Shown here one piece after another: positions 12,601-22,623 of a DNA stretch of 64,000 nucleotides. The DNA comes from Prevotella sp. (GTDB taxonomy: Bacteria; Bacillota_I; Bacilli_A; ML615J-28; CAG-313). How positions within the stretch are numbered: position 1 is the stretch's first letter; each line of letters begins with the position of its first letter. The notes below the pieces were generated by a model, which was not told where the DNA came from, made no database searches, and worked only from the letters and a program-made list of their open reading frames with translations. The stretch lies in the NCBI GenBank assembly GCA_023665755.1, contig JAMPDF010000004.1, positions 20,456 through 84,455 on the forward strand. The letters run 5' to 3'. A program made the translations under genes and the position numbers.

Positions 12601-12690
12601 CAATTGTTTTAACTTTTGAATTAGATCATTTATTTTACAAGCACTTTGTAAAATAGAATATTCAGTTTGTACATACAAATAAGAAAACAT
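9649..12690 (-). CDS. dnaE: DNA polymerase III alpha subunit (DnaE type)
   Basis: N-terminal PHP domain (YVQTEYSILQSA), polymerase core motifs (GLLKMDFLGLKNLT), C-terminal OB fold; 1013 aa. Confidence 0.9.
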   Translation of the reverse strand: MFSYLYVQTEYSILQSACKINDLIQKLKQLQITSCAITDEGTMYGTIRFYKACKKEGIHPMIGLKVNYTYNDRESSLLLYAINDFGYKNLMKISSRCKLAGGVIDFEYLQKATMGILAIVPFEESILKRYLDRNAIQDALSTMQLLCATYDMCFVGFGPETIQNAHMQPIYDLLNSKHYAMVALPKVSFIEQDDYGAYMTLKSIKNNGRLMQLPPVEKMHYMYTQLELSKIYADYPHLLEQTNRLAHMCQVDIVFGKYQLPLYQEGLDSFQYLKELCQKGLDKRISQFQYPYDLNAYYERLFYELNVIQKMGFCDYFLIVYDYVKFAKKNQIYVGPGRGSAPASLVAYILGITDIDPIYHRLLFERFLNQERISMPDIDIDFPDDRRDEVIRYVGEKYGKEKVAHILTFGTFRMKLAINDCARVYQLSDTKLKQIYKIIGNQVKIKPYENVSLKEVIENNDELMMLMADHEDINKVLSIASKIQDIPRNISTHAAGIVITRFDLVNYTPLDEGLDGIYQTQYEAEDLEALGLLKMDFLGLKNLTNIAKTVALIQKDMPHFTLPKDENDKATYQMMASGDLTGVFQLESAGMRKLIMQLHTSHFDDITQALALYRPGPMEIIPTFIKRKFGQEQVSYPHPDLKSILDETYGMIVYQDQIMLIACQFAGYSLGRADILRRAVSKKKKEVLEEERLNFVQSSIQHGYTKEDANMIYDYIVKFADYGFNKAHSVAYAKVAYLTAYLKCHYFAYYMSTLLTSFMASTTEVLEYTKEAIRKKVNIQPPHINASQDEFSVIDGAIYFPLTIIRGLGEMKTKQCLEERKKGLFTSFENFLIRTKHIFASSIIENIIYSGALDCFGLTKKAMIEGYQAIIDKSEYHFIKDMLEGNYTNEEFAYGLLQTKELEVLGINLVYNFFRQFSSFYTQYHLQKIIDIKENQPVHTIGIIKKIKEIKTKQNEIMAFIELMDDESSIELVFFPRTYQEARPLITGNIIMVSGAPQRRVTLQVIVNHIKKI

Positions 12691-12810
12691 TGGTATTACC
12701 TCCTTTTAAATAGTATATCATACAACTTTTTTTTTTACAAGAAAATCAAAAAGAAAAACCACATTGAGAGCTTATATTATTTTTTTCTATTTATCAAGGT
12801 AAAAAATATT

Positions 12811-15018
12811 TTATATTTTTCTTTGCTTTCTTTTTTTATACCACCGATAGCATATCATAATCACAATGATTACTATACTCAAAATAATAGATATATACTG
12901 AATGAGATTTTTCTTTTTAAATTGAAAAGACATTGTCATATCCTTTTCACCAATTTGAACCATTTGAACTTCTAGTTTTTCATTACATAACCCTTGAATA
13001 CTTAGACATTGAAATGTATCTTTTTCAGTTGAAAATACAAGTTGAATGGGAGTCTTACTGCGAGAGGATACTTTGAATTCCATACAAGATATTTTTTGAA
13101 TATGCTGGCCATCATCACACAATAGGTAAATTTTGAGATGGGTAAGACGTTTAGATAATGCTATTGTTTGAGACTGAAAATGAGTATATAGTGTTGATTG
13201 AAGATAGTCATCTTGATAATATTCAATTATACAATCTAAAATAGCACCATCTAAATCAGTCGCTTGATAATGAATATTTTGTTCTAGTGCCTCTATTTCA
13301 ATGTGAGGTAGGCGTTTTAATGTATATATATTCCACACTTTATGAATAGGTATTATTTTTCCATCTTCTAATATCATTTTTGAAATATCATATGTCATTA
13401 CTTGACCCGGTGTAGTTGCTGGAAGAGAAACCCATATATTAGTTCCATCTTGTTCAAATGGATAAGCCGATTGATTTACAATAACCTCCCTTACCCTTTC
13501 ATTTTCTGAAAGTGTGATTTGATAATTCATACTGGTATCTGGCATCAAATACATATCGATTTGATGTAAACGATTTTCAAGATGAGGCACATCCTGATTT
13601 GTAATATATATAGTATACGTAGCCGTTGCTTCTTTCGTTTGATGAATGAGTGTATGCAATCCTAAAGTTTTTAACTTTTCCCCATTATATACTGTTTGTC
13701 CATCTACGATTAGTTCATCTGTGAATAGGAGTGGATATCCTATTTTGTATATACCTAAATTCACTATATTAATATATTGGGGTACAATATAAGGAGTAAT
13801 CATCTCAAAATAAGATCCATCTTCTCTTTTTACCTCATATATTGCTTGATAAGTTCCTGACCGAGCAAGTGAAATGACTGTATCATTTTGTTCACTATAG
13901 TTAATGGTTAACTCTTCAAAATCAGATGCTATTTGTATATGGGATGTATCTTTTGGATTTTGATTGTAACGGTTATAAATATAGTCTTCTTGTTTTAAAA
14001 TATGATATTCTGTAACTTCAAAATGCTCACAAGATGAAAATAGCTTTGAAAAAATATGCAATTTTCCTCTTTCAATAGTAGCATAATCCAATCCACTACA
14101 AGGAGCAATTTCATAGTGATTCCATTTTTGATCTCTCCAGACCCCATAATACAATTTGTGATGAAATGTATAAATAAAAATAAACGACTCTGGATGTGAT
14201 TTCACTGACACCACTTTGATATGTTGAAATGAGAATTGTTCTGATAAATTATATTTTTCTATTTTTTGAAGTTCCATATCTAACCTATATAAGTGATATT
14301 GATTCTTCTCATCTTGAAGAATAAAAGCGAGTTCCTCTTCTCCAAAAGCAATATCAAAAAATATTTCGAATCCAGTTTGTTCATTGATATAAAAACTATT
14401 TACAATTTGGAACCCTTTATCCAATTGGACAATAAAAGATTTCATATCATCCATATTACCAACATGCGAAAAAGGGCTTCCCTTGCTATATGCTTTTTTT
14501 TCACCAAATAAAAAAAGCATATCTTCTTTTTGTTCAATATGTACCCATCTTTCTAATGCTTCTCCTCCTAAACAAACCTTTTGGACCAATTGTAAATCAG
14601 TTTGATATACATATATACAAGCATCTTCTGATTCTTCTCCAACTACAACCACTCTTCCATCAAAATAGGTAATATCATATAGTCTAGCCGAAATTACCTT
14701 TTCTCTTTTTTCCTTGCTTTTTAAATTGATTTGATATAAAACGCTATTGGTAGTACCATAGATGATGCCATAAACAGATTCCTCATTTGCCACATATGCC
14801 TCAGTCATCCCCTCTACGATTAATTGATACTGATCAAAATAAGTGTGACTCATACTCACATATGTAAATTCATCTAATACTTTTACAATTTGTTCTTCTT
14901 TTTGAATAATCTGAGAAGTCTGATGAATTACAGAATTTGCTTTACATAAAATACCTTGTTTTATACTTAAACAATAAATAAAACACGTGCAACAGAAAAT
15001 ATAAATACCTTTTTTCAT
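12811..15018 (-). CDS. Large secreted protein with a C-terminal TM anchor, unknown function
   Basis: Signal peptide at MKKGIYIFCCTCFIYCLS (ATG 15018..15016, RBS AAGAGG), a C-terminal hydrophobic segment and a KKRKQRKI tail. No recognisable domain. Confidence 0.5.
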   Translation of the reverse strand: MKKGIYIFCCTCFIYCLSIKQGILCKANSVIHQTSQIIQKEEQIVKVLDEFTYVSMSHTYFDQYQLIVEGMTEAYVANEESVYGIIYGTTNSVLYQINLKSKEKREKVISARLYDITYFDGRVVVVGEESEDACIYVYQTDLQLVQKVCLGGEALERWVHIEQKEDMLFLFGEKKAYSKGSPFSHVGNMDDMKSFIVQLDKGFQIVNSFYINEQTGFEIFFDIAFGEEELAFILQDEKNQYHLYRLDMELQKIEKYNLSEQFSFQHIKVVSVKSHPESFIFIYTFHHKLYYGVWRDQKWNHYEIAPCSGLDYATIERGKLHIFSKLFSSCEHFEVTEYHILKQEDYIYNRYNQNPKDTSHIQIASDFEELTINYSEQNDTVISLARSGTYQAIYEVKREDGSYFEMITPYIVPQYINIVNLGIYKIGYPLLFTDELIVDGQTVYNGEKLKTLGLHTLIHQTKEATATYTIYITNQDVPHLENRLHQIDMYLMPDTSMNYQITLSENERVREVIVNQSAYPFEQDGTNIWVSLPATTPGQVMTYDISKMILEDGKIIPIHKVWNIYTLKRLPHIEIEALEQNIHYQATDLDGAILDCIIEYYQDDYLQSTLYTHFQSQTIALSKRLTHLKIYLLCDDGQHIQKISCMEFKVSSRSKTPIQLVFSTEKDTFQCLSIQGLCNEKLEVQMVQIGEKDMTMSFQFKKKNLIQYISIILSIVIIVIMICYRWYKKRKQRKI

Positions 15019-15019
15019 G

Positions 15020-17005
15020 TTAACCTCTTTTTTTAATATAAATATATGATGCAATTAAAGTAGATAATGGGAGAAAAAGAAACCATACTTGAGGATGTGT
15101 TTTTCTTTGAAAACTATTATGATTTAGCGTATTGTTCAAAGTAACTTGATTTTCAATTGTTTCTTGTATGATCAAGTCTTGGTCTTGTATAGTCAGTAAA
15201 TCTTTTTTCCTCATGACTGCTGCATCTGAAAGGTGAGCAATTCGAAAATGAAGTTCTATTTGCTCTTGTTGGTTTCCTTCTACAACTAGTGTATACTCTC
15301 CTTCATCTTCTATTGTATATCCTGATGGAATAATTTGATTATTTAAATATCCCCTCCCATTGAATGTGAGTTCTATATTTATATCATAAATTTCTTGATT
15401 CGCTATATTGATTTGAGGTAATACCCTTATTTTATCTAAAAATGCAACTTCTACATCTTGTGTCAAAAATACATAATACATATCATAGTCACCAAAAACA
15501 GGACTATTTAATGGCAGATAAGATAATTCTTCATCTATTGTATATACTTCTTGATTGGTATAAAGTGTAGGATAACTTAACGAAGCAAAAGATGATATTT
15601 GCTGATTACTTTTGTATTGCATATATAAAAAAATGATATGATGGACTGATAAACTATTTTGACTTGTCAAAACAAGATCTATGGTAGAATCTCCCACAAA
15701 ACCCTGAATAGATTCGTTTGAACAATATTGCTCGATTTGGGTTTGAACTTCACTATCTTCAATACATTGATATAAATAGCCATAAGGTTTTTCTTGATTC
15801 GGTTGATATAAGCTAAACAATATGATTTGTTCTCGCTCATTTAAAGGAACAAAATCTAAAAATGTAATATTCTCAAAATGATCCCCATATATTTGATAAA
15901 TCAGTTCTTTTTCATAGTTATCCTTTATATGATATAAATTTGTGATATATTTTTGAATGCTATACAAATAATCACTTGTTGCAATATACAATTGATTATT
16001 TTCATCTACTTTTAATTTTAAAAAAGTTTCTGTAAGTGTGGTAGTAAAATATTTTTTCTCTAATTGTGACTGATGCATACCATTGAGATACCAAATATCC
16101 ATTACTTTCATTCGCTTCATTGGATCAAAATATCGTGTAAGAATGACAATGTTTTGGTCTTGAATTGTTGCGTCAATGACATCAGTATCAGCACAATTAG
16201 ATAAATAATGACGACCCACTAGTTGATAATTATTTTTTCGAATACAGAAAACGAACCCACATTTATGCAATTGTTGCGTAAAAAAATATTCATCTTTTGA
16301 TGTAGTTTCACCAATAATATAGTAATTATTTTTATCCATTAACAATTTTTTTCCAAATTCTATTTCACTTCCAAAGTAGCAAGTTTCAAATAGAATTTCT
16401 CCTATCTCATTTAAAACAACTAGATATAAATCTTGCCTTGTTGAGATATTATCTTTTTCTATCAATAAAATTGTTTTTTCTTGATCAACAATAAAGTCAA
16501 CAATCCTTCCTTTTACTTGTGTAAATATGGTCGTTTGAAATAAAATTTCTTCTAAATTGAGTTTCATAATACCTATATCATATGCTTCTTCTTTTCCTTC
16601 TGTTGGCAGAAGATAACTAACTATATAATTCCCATCTTCTGCTTTTTTGGTTTGATGATATATATAATTCTTGTAATTTTTAACATACAATTCTACTTGT
16701 TCTTGTAATACTATCCCATTCATCAAATCATTTTCTGACCTTACCTCTATTTGTTTTTCTATTCTTTCTTTGGTTTTTTCGTCCTCATAGGTAATTTGAT
16801 ATCGTCCACAACAATTGAAATCTACATTAGATGATACAATTCTATACCCTGGATAGGTTAACTGTTGATAATATGATGTACCTACCTTGCACACAAATGT
16901 TTTTTGAATCAATTTATCATCTATAGCCGCTTGAACAGGTTGTAAAAAAGCATAAAACATCCATATATTTAAAATCATTGCAACCCATAATAATATTTTT
17001 TTCAT
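15020..17005 (-). CDS. Large secreted protein with a C-terminal TM anchor, unknown function (tandem to the previous gene, similar architecture)
   Basis: Signal peptide MKKILLWVAMILNIWMFYAFLQPVQA and a C-terminal TM with an IKKRG tail. It stops 1 nt before the next gene's start. Confidence 0.5.
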   Translation of the reverse strand: MKKILLWVAMILNIWMFYAFLQPVQAAIDDKLIQKTFVCKVGTSYYQQLTYPGYRIVSSNVDFNCCGRYQITYEDEKTKERIEKQIEVRSENDLMNGIVLQEQVELYVKNYKNYIYHQTKKAEDGNYIVSYLLPTEGKEEAYDIGIMKLNLEEILFQTTIFTQVKGRIVDFIVDQEKTILLIEKDNISTRQDLYLVVLNEIGEILFETCYFGSEIEFGKKLLMDKNNYYIIGETTSKDEYFFTQQLHKCGFVFCIRKNNYQLVGRHYLSNCADTDVIDATIQDQNIVILTRYFDPMKRMKVMDIWYLNGMHQSQLEKKYFTTTLTETFLKLKVDENNQLYIATSDYLYSIQKYITNLYHIKDNYEKELIYQIYGDHFENITFLDFVPLNEREQIILFSLYQPNQEKPYGYLYQCIEDSEVQTQIEQYCSNESIQGFVGDSTIDLVLTSQNSLSVHHIIFLYMQYKSNQQISSFASLSYPTLYTNQEVYTIDEELSYLPLNSPVFGDYDMYYVFLTQDVEVAFLDKIRVLPQINIANQEIYDINIELTFNGRGYLNNQIIPSGYTIEDEGEYTLVVEGNQQEQIELHFRIAHLSDAAVMRKKDLLTIQDQDLIIQETIENQVTLNNTLNHNSFQRKTHPQVWFLFLPLSTLIASYIYIKKRG

Positions 17006-17096
17006 ATAATTTCTCCTTTCAAAATATATTACGTATGATTATTTCTTTTTTACGCTTTTATTTGTAAATTGCATAATAAAAAAACATGATATCTTA

Positions 17097-19013
17097 CTAG
17101 ATATCATGTCCTTCTATATATAACTTTTTTCTTAATTCTTCTAGAGCAACATTAGTATTTACTGTAGTTGTAACCAATTCAACATCTAAATCTTGTACTT
17201 GTTGTGGCTCCTCATTATAAAATTTTTGAACCGCCTCTACCGCAAGATCAGCCATCGCAGTCATCCCTTTTATATTTGGATGTACTGTATCTACTAAATA
17301 CTCTTTTGAATGAAATGCATTGGCAAAATCAATCAAAGGCAATTGATACTCTTGTGCTAGTTTTTGGATAACTTGGTTAAGTGCTTGCGAATTTGCAATA
17401 TGTTGCAAATAAATGCTTTCTTCTTTAGACTGATAATTGGTTTCATAAGTGAGCGTACACAAAAACAATTGCACTTCTGGATATAATTGATATATATTAT
17501 TTAGCATATTCCGATAAGCTTTTTCGAATTCAGCCTCATTTAATCCATAGGGTGCTGCTAAAGAATCATTCATTCCCATGAATATGATTAAAATATCTGG
17601 TGGCAAATTATCAAATCGCTTAGATTTCAACAATCTTGAAACGGATTCACCTGCAGTAGATGCACCATATTTTTGACTTACACATGTACCACTATACGAA
17701 TTATTGATTCCTAATTTACATCCTATTCGGTCAACAGTCATTTTCCACCAAGTTTGTTCAACTAATAAATCACAGTATTGTGGATAAAAATAACTATATC
17801 CCGCAGGAATATATCCTTTAAACGTCGAAATGCTATCTCCTAAAAATCCCATATATGCATTTTTTAAACTTTTTTCTTCCCATTTTGCATATAGTGTAAT
17901 ATTTCTATGTTCACCCATTTGCAAGATATTATAACGTGCACCACTATAATCCGCCTCTTCATACCAACCTCTAAAATAATATCCTTCTTTGGTTGGTATA
18001 GCAAGAGGAATGGGTTCATACTGAATTTGATTAGGTAAATAAGAAGTCAGTAAATCAGTAGCTATACCCCCGTTTAATTCATATGAAATCGTATAAATTG
18101 GATCAAATCGTGCATACAAATCCATATCCATTGTAATAATTCTACTCATCATAAATACAGTTGTACAAGATTCATCTACACAATAATACATAAATTGATG
18201 ATTTTCTTTAACTGGATCTTCTAACGGATATACAGCCAAAATCGTTTTCCCCTCAGGAACTAAGATTTGAATATTGTCTTCTCCATTATTAGGATGAACA
18301 GTTACAGTATATACACGCGTCCATTTGGCTACCAAATGAAGGTTTTGTGTAATTTTAGTTTCTGGTGAAAACGGCTTACCTGATACATACCACCCCACAA
18401 ATGAATACCCATCTTTTGTAGGTACAACTGGAGTCATGATTTCCTCATAACCGACCTCCTGAGTATCAAGAGGTAAACCGCCATCTGTATCAAAAGTAAT
18501 GGTATATATTTGTTTTTCCCACAATGCATAAAACACACTATTTTCTTTGACCCTATAGGTATCTAGTTGAACTAATTGTTGATCTTTCATCCAACCTTTA
18601 AACACATATCCTTCTCTTTTTGGTGGTTCGATTTGTAATAAATCTCCTGTATTGACAATCATGGTTTGATATATTGCATCCTCATCTTCATAAAAGATAA
18701 CAGTCCGTTGATTGGATTCAAATTTGGCAACCAAAACGATATCTTGTTGGATAGGAGTATCAAAATCAAATTTTGTCCCCTCTTTTTCCCAATGTAAAAA
18801 AGTATAACCTGGTTGAGTAGGTTGATCTATTGGAGATACTGTCTTATTTTTCTTTACCTTTACTATTGTATAGATTTCACCCGTTTCATCTTGGAAAGTG
18901 ACCTGATAAGTTGTTTGACAACTAGACAAAAATAACAAACCAAAAATCATCATACAACCTACTATAAGATATGCTCTATGCCGACCATTCATTTTTATTT
19001 TATTCTTCATCAT
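17097..19013 (-). CDS. Secreted SGNH/GDSL hydrolase with four Listeria/Bacteroides-type (Flg_new-like) repeats
   Basis: Repeats YTFLHWEKEG..VAKF, YVFKGWMKD, YSFVGWYVSGKPF..VAKW and YYFRGWYEE. C-terminal SGNH blocks are GDSIS, GMNDS and DTVHPN. Confidence 0.7.
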   Translation of the reverse strand: MMKNKIKMNGRHRAYLIVGCMMIFGLLFLSSCQTTYQVTFQDETGEIYTIVKVKKNKTVSPIDQPTQPGYTFLHWEKEGTKFDFDTPIQQDIVLVAKFESNQRTVIFYEDEDAIYQTMIVNTGDLLQIEPPKREGYVFKGWMKDQQLVQLDTYRVKENSVFYALWEKQIYTITFDTDGGLPLDTQEVGYEEIMTPVVPTKDGYSFVGWYVSGKPFSPETKITQNLHLVAKWTRVYTVTVHPNNGEDNIQILVPEGKTILAVYPLEDPVKENHQFMYYCVDESCTTVFMMSRIITMDMDLYARFDPIYTISYELNGGIATDLLTSYLPNQIQYEPIPLAIPTKEGYYFRGWYEEADYSGARYNILQMGEHRNITLYAKWEEKSLKNAYMGFLGDSISTFKGYIPAGYSYFYPQYCDLLVEQTWWKMTVDRIGCKLGINNSYSGTCVSQKYGASTAGESVSRLLKSKRFDNLPPDILIIFMGMNDSLAAPYGLNEAEFEKAYRNMLNNIYQLYPEVQLFLCTLTYETNYQSKEESIYLQHIANSQALNQVIQKLAQEYQLPLIDFANAFHSKEYLVDTVHPNIKGMTAMADLAVEAVQKFYNEEPQQVQDLDVELVTTTVNTNVALEELRKKLYIEGHDI

Positions 19014-19028
19014 TTCCTCCTAATAAAA

Positions 19029-19139
19029 AATCTCAACTTAGATCCCCCCACCCACAAGTTACATAAGCTTAAGGCTGCTTCGATCAAGACCTGACCTGGT
19101 TCACCATGGAACCTTGGATGAAGGTATCTAAGTTGAGAT
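19029..19139 (-). ncRNA. ffs: Signal recognition particle RNA (small/4.5S-type SRP RNA)
   Basis: Minus-strand sequence contains the domain IV consensus ACCAGGUCAGGUC...GAAGCAGCC. A 14-bp terminal helix (aucucaacuuagau / aucuaaguugagau) is followed by a U-run. Position directly downstream of tadA matches the Bacillus tadA-scr synteny. Confidence 0.85.
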
Positions 19140-19214
19140 AATTCGAAGTTATAAAAAGAAAGCATTTTTTCTAATTACAAAGATATTATACTATACTTTT
19201 TCATTTTTGTCAAT

Positions 19215-19694
19215 CTATTCTAATGGTTTATTTTTTGCTTTTTGTCTTTTTTCTCTAAAAAATTGTTGTAATAATTGTGCGGATTCTTCTTTTAATACAC
19301 CACTTGTTACTTGCACTTGATGATTAAAAACATCTTGACAAAATACATCCATTACACTCCCCAATACACCAAATTTGGGTTCAAAAGCGCCATAAACTAC
19401 TCTTTTGATTCTAGATTGCAAAATAGCACCTGCACACATTAGGCAAGGCTCAAGTGTTACATAAAGAGTAGCATCTTCTAAAATCCAAGCATTTTGTTGT
19501 TTCGTTGCTTTTTGAATGGCTTTGATTTCTGCATGTCCTAATACGTCATGATATTTTTGTCTTACATTATGTGCCCTAGCGATAATTTGATTATCAACTA
19601 CAATCACACATCCTACAGGGACTTCATCTTGTTCATACGACTTTTGTGCTTCACGAAGTGCCTGTTTCATAAAGTAGTTATCATCTTTTAACAT
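19215..19694 (-). CDS. tadA: tRNA-specific adenosine deaminase
   Basis: HAEIKAI and PCLMCAGAI zinc-binding deaminase motifs. The likely ATG at 19694..19692 shares the TAATG overlap with the tdk stop. Confidence 0.85.
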   Translation of the reverse strand: MLKDDNYFMKQALREAQKSYEQDEVPVGCVIVVDNQIIARAHNVRQKYHDVLGHAEIKAIQKATKQQNAWILEDATLYVTLEPCLMCAGAILQSRIKRVVYGAFEPKFGVLGSVMDVFCQDVFNHQVQVTSGVLKEESAQLLQQFFREKRQKAKNKPLE

Positions 19695-20278
19695 TATTTT
19701 TCCTGACATGGTACTTGATGACAATGCCTACAACGTGATTCATATTTTTCACTAGCACTTACCAAAATAGTTGGATCATCATAACTCGCAGGACGTCCAT
19801 TGATTAGGCGTTGTGTACGTGTTGCTGGAGCACCACAGACCATACAAATTCCTTGTAATTTAGTCACATACTCTGCTCTTGACATCAATTCTGGCATAAT
19901 GCCAAAGGGCTCTCCTCTGAAATCCTGATCTAACCCTGCTACAATCACCCTAACCCCCGAATTAGCCAAGCGCTCAATGACATCAATTAATCCTTTATCA
20001 AAAAATTGGGCCTCATCAAAGGCTACCGCATAGGGTAATTTTTCAATATGAGTCAATACCTCTTTAGAACTCGCAATAGGAATAGAATCCACACGATGAT
20101 TCGAATGAGATACCACTTGTGTCTTATCATATCGATCATCAATGATAGGTTTAAATACTATTACTTCTTTCTTTGCATATTTGATTCGATTAATACGCCG
20201 AATCAATTCTTCCGTTTTCCCCGCAAACATACATCCACAGATAACTTCTAGCCATCCATCTTTACTTTTTAAATCCAT
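19694..20278 (-). CDS. tdk: Thymidine kinase
   Basis: P-loop [11 protein letters not shown], zinc-ribbon cysteines CMVCG...CRHC, 194 aa. Confidence 0.9.
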   Translation of the reverse strand: MDLKSKDGWLEVICGCMFAGKTEELIRRINRIKYAKKEVIVFKPIIDDRYDKTQVVSHSNHRVDSIPIASSKEVLTHIEKLPYAVAFDEAQFFDKGLIDVIERLANSGVRVIVAGLDQDFRGEPFGIMPELMSRAEYVTKLQGICMVCGAPATRTQRLINGRPASYDDPTILVSASEKYESRCRHCHQVPCQEK

Positions 20279-20506
20279 ATTTGCTCCTCTATTTGTCTTC
20301 TATTTTACTTGTCGTATTATAACAAAAAAAGAAAAAAAAGTCATTCAATTGGCTAACAAAAATACGGTCATCATTATCATATTTTTTTATTTTTCCATAA
20401 TTTGGATATTTTTTATACTTTTATAAATGACTATTTTAAAACCACATGATTGATTATTTTGCTTTTTTCAAAGAGCTATGATAAAATAAAGTAGGAGGTA
20501 TCCTAT

Positions 20507-20986
20507 ATGATCAAACAATTGATGGAACAATTTATACAAGGTAGCATTTCTATACCCGATTATTTAAAAGCCATTGTCCCTCTTAGACAACAAGATATAC
20601 AAGATATATATTCCTATAACGATACGACTCATTTAGATGAAATGATGCATGCCTATATTTTACTTTGGAGTTTAAAATATAACTACATTGATTTAACCTA
20701 TCCAAAAGAGCATATCTATCTATCTTATTTATCTAGTTTATTAGAAGATGAATCTATTAAACATGTTTCCTTTTTGGATATCCAGTTTAGTTCAGCCATA
20801 GTTGAAATATTTACTACACAAGGAAATATCTATTTCTTTATCAATCATAGTTTAAAAGAAACCATCTTAAATGTACCCAAAGAGATTCAATATCAAACTG
20901 TATATTGTTTGAATTGTAATGATGATATGACTCTAGGTACTCATTTAGATATGCCTGAATTTAGCTTTTATGCATTTAAAAAATAA
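20507..20986 (+). CDS. Hypothetical protein
   Basis: Good RBS (AGGAGG) before ATG 20507; no recognisable domain. Confidence 0.5.
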   Translation: MIKQLMEQFIQGSISIPDYLKAIVPLRQQDIQDIYSYNDTTHLDEMMHAYILLWSLKYNYIDLTYPKEHIYLSYLSSLLEDESIKHVSFLDIQFSSAIVEIFTTQGNIYFFINHSLKETILNVPKEIQYQTVYCLNCNDDMTLGTHLDMPEFSFYAFKK

Positions 20987-21014
20987 CTTCTGTAACAGAA
21001 GTTATTTTTTATTA
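20987..21014 (+). terminator. Rho-independent terminator (aacttctgttacagaagtt + T-run)
   Basis: Perfect 8-bp stem followed by a T6 run immediately after the stop codon. Confidence 0.7.
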
Positions 21015-21701
21015 TGATTGTATCCTCTTTTGCATATCAATTGTTTTGACTTGTTTATACTTTTCTTTTTGGCGATGCTTGCGATTTTCTTTGTATAACA
21101 CCTTTGTTTGCTCAAGGTCAGTAAGCAAGCAACTATTTTTATTTTCTTGGTAAAGTAACACACTTTGTGTTAACAATTGAATCTGTGTTAACATCTTATG
21201 ATACAAATAACTTGTATCATGATACTGCATATGTAATGTATTATATGTATGAATGCGATCAATTTGAAAGCTATAATAATATGCATAACAAACCCTTGTA
21301 TCTACGATTTGAATTGTCGCCTTTTTTTGTTGAAAAGTACAAATCAATTGTGGATGTATCAATTTCAGTTCATCATTTTCAATTTGAATATCTATATGAC
21401 CAATACATTCTTCTAGTGGCAATATCAAATTTTTTTCAAATAATTTTCTTTCGAAGTCTTTTTTTATTCTTTGATAATAACTACCTTTTCTATTCTTCTT
21501 GGCCTGAATTAATTGTTGTTGATATATTTTAGTTATCAGATAAAAAATAAGAGGGACTAAAACAACAAGAAAAACAAATAGCAAAGAAAGCCCATGGTGA
21601 AATTCAAAATTAGTCGTTATTTTAAATATGACTAAAATAATAATCCACCACAAGAGAATAATGATATTGCGATACATTGCAAGAAATGTTTTAAATTTCA
21701 T
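21012..21701 (-). CDS. Hypothetical membrane protein (2 TM)
   Basis: Likely start MKFKTFLAMY (ATG 21701..21699), two TM helices, overlaps the psuG stop. Confidence 0.45.
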   Translation of the reverse strand: MKFKTFLAMYRNIIILLWWIIILVIFKITTNFEFHHGLSLLFVFLVVLVPLIFYLITKIYQQQLIQAKKNRKGSYYQRIKKDFERKLFEKNLILPLEECIGHIDIQIENDELKLIHPQLICTFQQKKATIQIVDTRVCYAYYYSFQIDRIHTYNTLHMQYHDTSYLYHKMLTQIQLLTQSVLLYQENKNSCLLTDLEQTKVLYKENRKHRQKEKYKQVKTIDMQKRIQS

Positions 21702-22623
21702 GATGATACGCCTTGGCAATTTGAGCCGCTAACTCACAATTGTGATATACCAATTGAATATTGGAAGATAGACTTTCTCCCTTTGTTAAATCTTTAATCG
21801 TAGCCAACAAGTAAGGTGTAGTTTCTTTTCCTTGAATTCCTAGTTGATGCATCATTTCTAAAGCTTGATCGATGGCTTGTTGCATTAGCGTTTCATCTAA
21901 TGAATATGCTTCTGGTATAGGATTGGTGACCAAAACACCACCATGTAACCCTAAATCCCATTTGGTTTGCAACATATGCGCAATTTCTTCTGGTGTATCC
22001 ATTTGATAATCTACTTGATAGGGACTTGTTCTAGTATAAAAAGCTGGCAATATTGATGTTTGATATCCAATCACAGGAACTCCCTTAGTTTCTAAATACT
22101 CTAAAGTTTTTGGTAAATCTAAAATCGCTTTTGCGCCTGCACATACAACTAGTACATCTGTTTTAGCAAATTCATCTAAATCAGCAGAAATATCCATTGT
22201 AACTTCAGCTCCACGATGTACACCACCAATACCTCCTGTTGCAAAAATAGCAATGTTAGCTAGACTAGCAATATACATCGTAGCACTTACAGTTGTAGCG
22301 CCATCTAGTCTTTTAGAAACAATAACAGGAATATCTCGTCTTGATGTTTTCACTACATCTTTTCCTTTTTTAGCAATATATTCGATTTGAGAAGCATTTA
22401 AACCTACACAAATTTTTCCTTCTATAATGGCAATTGTTGCAGGTACTGCCCCATTTTCTCTAATAATAGATTCACACTGAAGTGCAGTCTCTACATTTTT
22501 TGGATAAGGCATACCATGCGAAATAATGGTAGATTCTAATGCAACAATAGGCAAATGATGCTGTAAAGCATATTGTACTTCTGGACTAATTTGTAAATAG
22601 TTTTCTAATGCATTATGCTTCAC
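21691..22623 (-). CDS. psuG: Pseudouridine-5'-phosphate glycosidase
   Basis: Full-length match to the PsuG/indigoidine-synthase-A-like family (LPIVALESTIISHGMPYP, GGIGGVHRGAE). Confidence 0.85.
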   Translation of the reverse strand: MKHNALENYLQISPEVQYALQHHLPIVALESTIISHGMPYPKNVETALQCESIIRENGAVPATIAIIEGKICVGLNASQIEYIAKKGKDVVKTSRRDIPVIVSKRLDGATTVSATMYIASLANIAIFATGGIGGVHRGAEVTMDISADLDEFAKTDVLVVCAGAKAILDLPKTLEYLETKGVPVIGYQTSILPAFYTRTSPYQVDYQMDTPEEIAHMLQTKWDLGLHGGVLVTNPIPEAYSLDETLMQQAIDQALEMMHQLGIQGKETTPYLLATIKDLTKGESLSSNIQLVYHNCELAAQIAKAYHHEI

